Source: an uncultured Clostridia bacterium
GTDB lineage: Bacteria > Bacillota > Clostridia > Oscillospirales > CAG-272
Direction: 5' to 3'
DNA length: 27,852 nucleotides
Assembly: GCA_937895775.1 (NCBI GenBank)
Contig: CALBLD010000156.1
Span: 1 to 27,852 of the forward strand
Shown here: in pieces, positions 1-6,903 of the stretch
Layout: the number at the start of each line of letters is the position of its first letter
How positions within the stretch are numbered: the first letter of the stretch is position 1
Notes under the pieces: model-generated
The model's input: only the letters and a program-made list of their open reading frames with translations
What the model was told of the DNA's origin: nothing
Databases searched by the model: none
Position numbers and translations under genes: made by a program

Positions 1-64
1 CTTCAAGTTCTTGGAGAGGAACTTTAAAAAACTACTACTCTTATATTATACGAGGATGTGCAGA

Positions 65-835
65 ATGAGACAGCTTAATGCGGGCAACTATTTCAGCCGT
101 GCGATGAACATGCGGTATATGTCGGTCAGCCAGTACAAAGCATTCGACAACTGCGAGGCGGCTGCACTCGCCGAAATAAAGGGAAAATACAGGCGGGAAG
201 AGACGACATCACTGCTTGTCGGCAGTTACGTCGATGCTTTTTACGAGGGTACGCTCGATGTATTCAGGCAGACGCATCCGCAGATTTTCAAGCGTGACGG
301 CGAGCTTAAAAGCGACTACATACAGGCAAACGAGATCATCACCCGCACGATGCGGGACAGGTATTTTTCAAAGCTCATGTCGGGCGAAAAACAGGTCATA
401 ATGACCGGAAAGATCGCGGGGGTCGATGTCAAGATCAAGATCGATTCGCTTCGTCCGGACATGATCGTCGATTTAAAAGTGATAAGGGATTTCGACGATC
501 TTACGCTTGACGACCGCGGCAGGCTCCCCTTTTTCGAGGCATGGCGGTACGACATGCAGGGGGCGGTATATCAGGAGATCGTGCGGCAGAACACCGGGAA
601 AAAACTCCCCTTCGTGCTTGCCTGCGCAACAAAAGAAAAGGTCACGGCGATCGATGCGATCGAGATCGAACAACGCTCGCTCGACTTCTGCCTTGACGAA
701 TTCGCGGCGGCAATCCCCGGATTCGATGCGGTCAAGAAGGGTATCGTAAAGCCGGAGCGGTGCGAAAAATGCGACTATTGCAAAGAGACACGCAGACTTA
801 AAAAGCCGACGCTTTCGGGAGAATTTTACCTGTGA
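65..835 (+). CDS. PD-(D/E)XK nuclease-like protein, DUF3799/RecE-like
   Basis: YMSVSQYKAF, KIKIDSL..IVDLK, YDMQGAVYQ motifs and C-terminal CEKCDYC. ATG at 65 follows GAGGA; the ORF-track start at 11 is a TTG without an RBS. Confidence 0.8.
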   Translation: MRQLNAGNYFSRAMNMRYMSVSQYKAFDNCEAAALAEIKGKYRREETTSLLVGSYVDAFYEGTLDVFRQTHPQIFKRDGELKSDYIQANEIITRTMRDRYFSKLMSGEKQVIMTGKIAGVDVKIKIDSLRPDMIVDLKVIRDFDDLTLDDRGRLPFFEAWRYDMQGAVYQEIVRQNTGKKLPFVLACATKEKVTAIDAIEIEQRSLDFCLDEFAAAIPGFDAVKKGIVKPERCEKCDYCKETRRLKKPTLSGEFYL

Positions 836-1014
836 TCGGCGCACTTATAATGCTCGGCGCAGTCGGAGCCGTCGAGCTTGACAACATGACAATCGGACAG
901 GCAATGCCGGTGATCGCCGTCGGTGCGATCGTCCTTGTCTGCGAGGTGATGATATACTGTGCGGCAAAGCTTGCCGCAATCCACAAAAAGAGAGGAAGAT
1001 CAAAATGGCAATGA
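832..1014 (+). CDS. Small predicted membrane protein
   Basis: Two hydrophobic stretches and a basic tail; overlaps both neighbours (GTGA coupling). Confidence 0.55.
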   Translation: MIGALIMLGAVGAVELDNMTIGQAMPVIAVGAIVLVCEVMIYCAAKLAAIHKKRGRSKWQ

Positions 1015-1481
1015 ACAAGGTGATTCTGATGGGTCGGCTGACCGCCGATCCCGAACTCAAACAGACCCCGTCGGGGGTGGCGGTCACCTCTTTTTCGCTT
1101 GCGGTCGATCGCAGATACGCAAAAGAGGGCGAGGAAAAGAAGACCGATTTCCCTGTGATCGTCGCGTTCCGCCAGACGGCGGAGTTTGTCTGCAAGTACT
1201 TCAGAAAGGGCAGTCAGATGCTTGTCTGCGGCGAGCTTCAGACAAGAGTGTGGCAGGATCAGACGGGCGGCAACAGATACGCGACCGAGGTTGTGGCTTC
1301 CGAAATTTCGTTCTGCGGGGCGAAAAACGAGGGAGCGGTAAATACAGGTGCGGCGGCAAATCGCCCCACAGCGCGGAATTTTGAGCAGACGGGCATACCG
1401 ACATACACAAAACAGCCGACGCACACGCCGCCCCGGGGATTCGAGCCGATCGGACCCGATGACGACGATCTGCCGTTCTGA
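1005..1481 (+). CDS. ssb: Single-stranded DNA-binding protein
   Basis: MNKVILMGRLTADPELKQT OB-fold start and acidic DDDDLPF C-terminus. Confidence 0.97.
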   Translation: MAMNKVILMGRLTADPELKQTPSGVAVTSFSLAVDRRYAKEGEEKKTDFPVIVAFRQTAEFVCKYFRKGSQMLVCGELQTRVWQDQTGGNRYATEVVASEISFCGAKNEGAVNTGAAANRPTARNFEQTGIPTYTKQPTHTPPRGFEPIGPDDDDLPF

Positions 1482-1494
1482 CGGGGGTGCGGAT

Positions 1495-3147
1495 ATGGCA
1501 GAACTCTTTGTTGACAATTTTGCGGGAGGCGGCGGAGCTTCTACCGGAATCGAAGCGGCAATCGGGCGAAGCGTAGACATTGCAATCAACCACGATCCGG
1601 ATGCTATTGCAATGCACAAGGCAAATCACCCGGCGTCAAAACATTACTGTGAAGACGTCTGGCAGGTGGACCCTGTGGAAGCCTGCGCCGGAAACCCTGT
1701 CGCGCTTGCTTGGTTTTCGCCCGACTGCAAGCACTTTTCGAGGGCGAAGGGCGGTAAGCCGCTTGACAAAAATATAAGAGGACTTGCATGGGTAGCGATC
1801 AGATGGGCATACACGGTACGTCCCCGGGTCATAATGCTCGAAAATGTCCCCGAGATCAGGACCTGGGGACCGCTCGGAGAAGACGGCAAGCCGATAAAAG
1901 AGCGCGCGGGCGAGACCTTTGACGGCTTTGTAAAGGCGCTGACCACAGGCATATCGCGCGCACATCCCGCATACGGCGAGATGTGCGACGCGCTCGGAAT
2001 CGGTGCGGAATCCGAGACGGCGCGGAAACTGCAAGCCGGACTCGGTTATGATCTCGATTGCAGGATTTTAAAGTCCTGTGATTACGGCGCGCCGACGACA
2101 AGGACACGCTTCTATCTCATTGCCCGCTGCGACGGTCGTCCTATTATCTGGGCGGAACCCACACACGCCCCGAAAGACAGCGAGGCAGTCAAGCAGGGGC
2201 TTAAACTGCCGTACCGTACCGCCGCCGAGTGTATCGACTGGTCGATACCCGCGCAAAGCATCTTCGGGCGCAAAAAGCCGCTGGCGGAAAACACGATGCG
2301 CCGCATCGCAAGGGGCATCCAAAAATTTGTGGTCGAAAATCCGGAGCCGTTTATCGTGCCGATTGGTTACGGAGAGCGGGACGGACAGGCGCCGCGCGTG
2401 AACAGTATCGACCGCCCGCTTGGAACGGTTGTTACCGGCGGGAAGCACTACCTTGTCGCGCCGACACTGATACAGTACCACAGCGAGACCGGCAAGGACG
2501 AGGTACGAGGGCAGGAGTTGGACAAACCGATTATGACCATAGATACATCGCCGCGCTACGCATTGTCTACCGCGCACATTATGAAAAACTACGGCGGAGG
2601 ATACAACGGCGCAGGAAGCGCAGCGGATGCCCCACTTGGCACGGTCACAGCCAAAGACCACAACTCCCTCGTTACCGCCCACATCATGACAATGCGGAAC
2701 AACATGGACGGTCAGCCCATCGACGAGCCGCTGACAACCATCTCCTGCAGTGGAGCGCACCACGCAGAGGTTCAAGCATTCCTCGTGAAATACTTCTCCA
2801 CAGGCGCGGCAAAATCGGTCAATGAACCGCTTGATACGGTGACGACAAAGGATCGCTTCGCGCTGGTAACCATTCACGGTGAGGAGTACATAATCACGGA
2901 CATAAAAATGAGAATGCTTCAGCCGCGCGAACTTTTCAATGCGCAGGGTTTCCCCGGCGACTACATAATCGATCACGATGCCGAAGGACACGCATACCCG
3001 AGATCGAAACAGGTCGCACGCTGCGGCAATGCCGTGACACCGCCTGTTCCCGCGGCACTGGTAAGATCGAATCTGCCCGAATACTGCAGTCAAAAAAACA
3101 AGGAAGGAGAAAGTAAAAGACCGATATGGCAGACATCAAATGGATAA
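1495..3147 (+). CDS. DNA (cytosine-5)-methyltransferase, phage type with long repeated variable region
   Basis: Motif I DNFAGGGG, IV SPDCKHFS, VI ENV, VIII YGAPTTRTR, X CGNAV. ATG at 1495 after GGGGGTG. Confidence 0.93.
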   Translation: MAELFVDNFAGGGGASTGIEAAIGRSVDIAINHDPDAIAMHKANHPASKHYCEDVWQVDPVEACAGNPVALAWFSPDCKHFSRAKGGKPLDKNIRGLAWVAIRWAYTVRPRVIMLENVPEIRTWGPLGEDGKPIKERAGETFDGFVKALTTGISRAHPAYGEMCDALGIGAESETARKLQAGLGYDLDCRILKSCDYGAPTTRTRFYLIARCDGRPIIWAEPTHAPKDSEAVKQGLKLPYRTAAECIDWSIPAQSIFGRKKPLAENTMRRIARGIQKFVVENPEPFIVPIGYGERDGQAPRVNSIDRPLGTVVTGGKHYLVAPTLIQYHSETGKDEVRGQELDKPIMTIDTSPRYALSTAHIMKNYGGGYNGAGSAADAPLGTVTAKDHNSLVTAHIMTMRNNMDGQPIDEPLTTISCSGAHHAEVQAFLVKYFSTGAAKSVNEPLDTVTTKDRFALVTIHGEEYIITDIKMRMLQPRELFNAQGFPGDYIIDHDAEGHAYPRSKQVARCGNAVTPPVPAALVRSNLPEYCSQKNKEGESKRPIWQTSNG

Positions 3148-3974
3148 AAATTGCAACAGACATTTTTGACGACCGCAAGATAAAACAGATCGCATGCATG
3201 CCAAAAGGCGAGAGCATTATCATCATATGGATAAAGCTGCTTTGCCTTGCCGGAGACATAAACGACCGCGGGCGTATTTACTTTGTGAGCGGGACGCCCT
3301 ACACAGATCAGATGCTTGCGACGCAGTTCGGGGTCACGGTGCAGATGATCCGCCTTGCGCTCGGGACGCTCGAAAAATTTGCGATGATCTCGGTCAACAG
3401 CGACTGCATGACAATTGTAAACTGGGAAAAGCACCAGAATGTTGACGGCATGGAGAGGCTCAGAGAACAGGCAAAAAAACGGATGGCAGATATGCGCGGG
3501 CGGCGAAAAGGGCAGGCGAAAAGCGTAACAGGTGACGCAGATGTTACGCAAGATGTTACGCGGGATGTTACGCAAGTGTTACGTAACAGTTACGTAACAG
3601 GTGACGCAGATGTTACGCAATGTTACGCAACAGAAGTAGAAGAAGAGAAAGAAAAAGAAAAGAACTACTGCTGTCGCAGTAGTACGCGCGCACGCGCGGA
3701 CGACGGCGGCGACGACTGCGACAGTGAAAATGACGGGAATTATGCCGAGGAAAAGCTTTCCGCTCTCGGCGGGATCGGCAAGGGCGTTGTCTATCTGACC
3801 GACGGGCAGATGGAGGAACTGCTCGACAAACTCGGGCTTGAAGCATTCAACGCCTATGTCGAACGGCTCGCAGGCTGGATCATCGACAAAAATGCAACGG
3901 TGCACAATCATTACCGCACGATACTCAAATGGTACTCGCAGGACACGGGACTTGATGTCGGAGGTGGCAAATGA
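3126..3974 (+). CDS. Phage replisome organiser / replication initiator (Phage_rep_org_N type)
   Basis: MADIKWIKIATDIFDDRKIK..IWIKLLCLAG N-terminus, NWEKHQN motif, internal iterons. Confidence 0.9.
   Translation: MADIKWIKIATDIFDDRKIKQIACMPKGESIIIIWIKLLCLAGDINDRGRIYFVSGTPYTDQMLATQFGVTVQMIRLALGTLEKFAMISVNSDCMTIVNWEKHQNVDGMERLREQAKKRMADMRGRRKGQAKSVTGDADVTQDVTRDVTQVLRNSYVTGDADVTQCYATEVEEEKEKEKNYCCRSSTRARADDGGDDCDSENDGNYAEEKLSALGGIGKGVVYLTDGQMEELLDKLGLEAFNAYVERLAGWIIDKNATVHNHYRTILKWYSQDTGLDVGGGK
3524..3663. repeat. Putative phage replication origin (iterons plus purine-rich tract)
   Basis: GTTACG at 3543, 3555, 3567, 3578, 3589, 3612, 3622; inverted CGTAAC at 3524, 3582, 3593; 28-bp direct repeat 3524-3551 = 3593-3620; A/G-rich tract 3633-3663. 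Confidence 0.8.
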
Positions 3975-4198
3975 CCGATGACATTCTGCGCCGAATCGAC
4001 ACGGGCGGCGCGATATCCGGTTCGCTTATCGGCAAAGGAAACCCGAAGCCGGGCAGGTTTGCCAAGGACTGCATCGACAGTCCCGAGGACATCGCACGCT
4101 GTCTTTCCTGCCCGAAACCGAGATGCACCGACTGTATCCGCACGCGCGGATACAAGCCGAAAAAGAGACCCGCAAAGGGCAAAACAACGGAGGTGTAA
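3971..4198 (+). CDS. Small Cys-rich hypothetical protein
   Basis: GGAGGTG RBS, ATGA overlap with rep, CLSCPKPRCTDC motif. Confidence 0.65.
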   Translation: MTDDILRRIDTGGAISGSLIGKGNPKPGRFAKDCIDSPEDIARCLSCPKPRCTDCIRTRGYKPKKRPAKGKTTEV

Positions 4199-4204
4199 AG
4201 AGTT

Positions 4205-4423
4205 ATGGCACGTAACGGCAAAAACCTTACAGGTCGGAGATTCGGGCATCTTGTGGCGATACGTCCGACCGATCTGCGCGATAGGGCAAACCGCACTGTC
4301 ATATGGTTCTGCCGCTGTGACTGCGGGGAGTACAAGCTCGCAAACAGCAACCATCTGCAGTACGGCGGGGGGCGCCCGTGCGGGTGTCTGCGCCCCGGAC
4401 ACAAGAGGAGGCGGGAGGCGTGA
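4205..4423 (+). CDS. Small Cys-motif protein resembling the N-terminal domain of phage AP2/HNH proteins
   Basis: NLTGRRFGHLVAI..WFCRCDCG..PCGC pattern; GGAGGTG upstream. Confidence 0.7.
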   Translation: MARNGKNLTGRRFGHLVAIRPTDLRDRANRTVIWFCRCDCGEYKLANSNHLQYGGGRPCGCLRPGHKRRREA

Positions 4424-4812
4424 AAATAAGCTTTGTAATACCGATCGCACCGAGGACGAAGAAAAATCATCAGGACATAATCAGGACGGCGAACGGTCGG
4501 CGGATGGTACTGCCGTCGAAGCAGTACAGACAGTACGAGCGGGACGCTCTGCTCTTTGTCCCGTCGGTGGCGGAGCCGATTGCGCACGCAGTCAACGTCA
4601 GGGCGGTCTATTACACCGACACGAGGCGCAAGGTTGACATCACGAATCTGCATCAGGCACTGCACGATCTGCTTGTCACATCGGGACTGCTTGCCGACGA
4701 CAACAGCAGAATTATTGCCGCAACCGACGGGAGCCGTGTCATGTACGACAAAGAGCATCCGCGGACAGAGGTGACGATCACCGACTTCTGCGGGGAGGAG
4801 GGGAGCGGATGA
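4420..4812 (+). CDS. rusA: RusA-family Holliday junction resolvase
   Basis: PRTKKN, RRKVDITNL..LHDLL..LADDN, HPRTEVTI motifs; GTG start overlapping the upstream stop. Confidence 0.88.
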   Translation: MKISFVIPIAPRTKKNHQDIIRTANGRRMVLPSKQYRQYERDALLFVPSVAEPIAHAVNVRAVYYTDTRRKVDITNLHQALHDLLVTSGLLADDNSRIIAATDGSRVMYDKEHPRTEVTITDFCGEEGSG

Positions 4813-5231
4813 CGCTTAAAGAGCTGTCACGGGTGTGGTATCTGCGGCGCGAGATCGAGGACAACCGCGCAAGGCTTTACGAGCTTGAAAACAGGGCGTA
4901 CTCGCCGAGATCGCCCGGGCTGTCGGGCATGCCTCACGGTGCCGCAGTCGGCGATCCGGTGTCCTCATTTGCCGCCGAGATCGCCGATCTGAAAGCTCTG
5001 ATCTGCGAAAAACAGCTTGCATGCGTGCGGGAATGGTTCGCGCTCGAGCTGTACATATCGGCGATTCCCGAGAGTTACACACGGCTGATATTCCGCTTCC
5101 GCTTCGAGGACTGCCTGAGCTGGGAGCAGGTCGCCCGAAAGATCGGGGGAGGCAACACCGCCGATTCGGTCAAAAAGCACGCCTATCGGTACCTGAAAAG
5201 CGGGAAAAACGGGAAAAATGCGGAAAAGTAA
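4809..5231 (+). CDS. Late-gene transcriptional activator (ArpU/RinA/DUF1492-like)
   Basis: MTLKELS..YL, PGLSGMPHG, C-terminal HTH (RFEDCLSWEQVARKIGG..SVKK); sits just before the late region. Confidence 0.8.
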   Translation: MTLKELSRVWYLRREIEDNRARLYELENRAYSPRSPGLSGMPHGAAVGDPVSSFAAEIADLKALICEKQLACVREWFALELYISAIPESYTRLIFRFRFEDCLSWEQVARKIGGGNTADSVKKHAYRYLKSGKNGKNAEK

Positions 5232-5235
5232 AAGT

Positions 5236-5268
5236 TGTCCCGAATGTCCCGCACATCTGTGCTATAAT
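5236..5268 (+). promoter_or_regulatory. Putative activator-dependent late promoter
   Basis: TGTCCCG direct repeat (5236, 5245) in place of a -35, then extended -10 TGcTATAAT (5260-5268), directly after the activator gene. Confidence 0.7.
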
Positions 5269-5273
5269 GGCAG

Positions 5274-5410
5274 TGTGAAAAGTCCGGTCGGCGATGATCG
5301 GCTCTTCACAACCCCGGAGGCGAGGCTATGTGATTTATTCGGACCTGTCACCCTCCGGGGAACTTCCTCCCGACTGCCGTGTGCGGGTGTTCGCCGCATC
5401 CGCATACGGC
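5274..5410 (+). ncRNA. Structured late leader RNA (three tandem hairpins), function unknown
   Basis: Stems 5274-5310, 5312-5360 (CCCCGGAGG/CCTCCGGGG) and 5376-5410 (14 bp with two G-U pairs), starting at the predicted TSS. Confidence 0.5.
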
Positions 5411-5436
5411 GATTTTCAGAAATTTTGCGAAAGGAC

Positions 5437-5465
5437 TTGCAATTTGCGGGTAAGCGTGATATAAT
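5437..5465 (+). promoter_or_regulatory. Sigma-A type promoter
   Basis: TTGCAA (5437-5442), 17-bp spacer, TGa-TATAAT (-10 at 5460-5465), AT-rich upstream. Confidence 0.65.
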
Positions 5466-5467
5466 GC

Positions 5468-6565
5468 ATGCAGATCGAAAGAATAAAGATCGACGGCATA
5501 AAGCCGTATAAGCTCAACGCAAAAGAACACCCGCAGGAGCAGATCGACCGCATAAAGGCAAGCATAAAAGAGTTCGGGTTCAACGATCCGATCGCGGTTG
5601 ACGCCGACGGCGAGGTCATCGAAGGACACGGACGGCTTGAGGCGATGAAACAGCTCGGCAGGGAATATATCGATGTCATACGCCTTTCGCACCTCACACC
5701 CGAGCAGAAACGGGCATACGTTCTCGTACACAACCGCTTAACGCTTGAAACAGGCTTTGACGACGAGCTTCTGAAGCTTGAGCTTGACGGTATCGGCAAT
5801 ATCGACATGACAGAGTTCGGCTTCGATCTGCCCGAAGAGATCGGACTGCCGGACGAGGGAAAAGAGAATTCCACCGCGAAACGACATAGTTTGAGGGTAG
5901 TGTATTTTTATAGGGGACTTAAACTACACCTTGATCTGCTTGACCGGGCGAGAACGGCGGGATTCTATCAGATGCCGACGATCGGAAAAACCGATCACAT
6001 TCCGGACGATCTTATCGGCTTCAACTACTGCCTGAACAAGGGCAACCGTGCCGCGGGGCTTCACTGCTTTATCGACGACTATCAGATCGAGCGGCTCTGG
6101 ACTTCTCCGCTTGAATACGTGGAGAAAATCCTTGAATACGACTGCTTCCTGACTCCCGATTTTTCGCTTTACACCGATATGCCGATGGCAATGAAGGTGT
6201 GGAACGTATACAGGAGCAGGCTTGTCGGACAGGTGATGCAGGACTCGGGCGTGACCGTCATTCCCACCGTATCATGGGCGGAACCCGAAACCTTTTCGTT
6301 CTGCTTTGACGGGCTTGAAAAGGGGTCGGTCGTTGCCGTAAGCACGATCGGGGTGAAAAAGAGCAAAGCGGCATTTGCCGTATGGAAAAGCGGCATGGAT
6401 GAGCTTATAAAGAGACTTGAACCGTCTGCCGTGCTTTGTTACGGCGGGGCGGTCGGATACGACTTCGGGAAGACAAAGGTGATATATTACAAGAATCATG
6501 TCACCGAACGGATGAAGGAAACAGGAGGGAGAGTAAATGGCGAAAAAGAAGAAAGACGAGCTTGA
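5468..6565 (+). CDS. ParB/Srx N-terminal domain fused to DUF4417 domain
   Basis: IKPYKLNAKEH..SIKEFGFNDPI..IEGHGRLEA (ParBc); LHCFIDDYQIERLW, LTPDFSLYTDMP, VIPTVSW (DUF4417). Confidence 0.85.
   Translation: MQIERIKIDGIKPYKLNAKEHPQEQIDRIKASIKEFGFNDPIAVDADGEVIEGHGRLEAMKQLGREYIDVIRLSHLTPEQKRAYVLVHNRLTLETGFDDELLKLELDGIGNIDMTEFGFDLPEEIGLPDEGKENSTAKRHSLRVVYFYRGLKLHLDLLDRARTAGFYQMPTIGKTDHIPDDLIGFNYCLNKGNRAAGLHCFIDDYQIERLWTSPLEYVEKILEYDCFLTPDFSLYTDMPMAMKVWNVYRSRLVGQVMQDSGVTVIPTVSWAEPETFSFCFDGLEKGSVVAVSTIGVKKSKAAFAVWKSGMDELIKRLEPSAVLCYGGAVGYDFGKTKVIYYKNHVTERMKETGGRVNGEKEERRA
5889..5924 (+). CRISPR. Solitary type II-like CRISPR repeat unit (not an array), in frame inside a CDS
   Basis: GTTTGAGGGTAGTGTATTTTTATAGGGGACTTAAAC: 36 nt, GTTT...AAAC complementary ends, AT-rich relative to flanks. 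No second copy seen. Confidence 0.65.
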
Positions 6566-6830
6566 GCCGGTTGCGGAAGAGAAAAACGAGCCTGCAAAAG
6601 ACGAAGAGCTTACACCGGTCACGGACGAAGATGATGACGAAGAGATGGATGCTATTGTCAAGGAGGCTATTGCCGAAGGGATCGCACTGTATGACAAGCT
6701 CATGGAAGAGGCTAAAAAAGGTCCCGAACCCGAGCTTGACGACATGACAAAAGAACTGCTCGCCGCCAAAACGATGGAAGAACGTCTGAAAATTCTTGAC
6801 AAGTACGATGCCACACTTTGGTGTGAGTAA
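6537..6830 (+). CDS. Small highly acidic hypothetical protein
   Basis: GGAGGGAGAG RBS; about one third Asp/Glu; followed by a terminator. Confidence 0.75.
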   Translation: MAKKKKDELEPVAEEKNEPAKDEELTPVTDEDDDEEMDAIVKEAIAEGIALYDKLMEEAKKGPEPELDDMTKELLAAKTMEERLKILDKYDATLWCE

Positions 6831-6852
6831 ATAAAAAACAAAAAAATACCCG

Positions 6853-6880
6853 AAAAAGATCGCTTATGCGGTCTTTTTTT
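6853..6880 (+). terminator. Intrinsic terminator
   Basis: AAAAAGATCGC-TTAT-GCGGTCTTTTTTT. Confidence 0.75.
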
Positions 6881-6903
6881 GTTGCAATCGAAAGGAGAAG
6901 AAC

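Noticed and set aside
28..75. Leftward promoter (TATAAT on the minus strand at 45-50)
   Set aside because: No credible -35, and context is cut by the window edge.
1348..1494. N-terminal extension of the methyltransferase in the ORF track (similarly 11-64, 16045-16215, 26429-26479)
   Set aside because: Overlaps upstream genes or lacks an RBS; downstream starts match RBS and family N-termini.
5274..5410. tRNA, tracrRNA or self-cleaving ribozyme in the late leader
   Set aside because: No cloverleaf or T-loop, no extended complement to the 36-nt repeat, no hammerhead core seen.
5820..5995. CRISPR mini-array around the solitary repeat
   Set aside because: No repeat-like sequence ~66 bp upstream or downstream, and no leader or cas genes.
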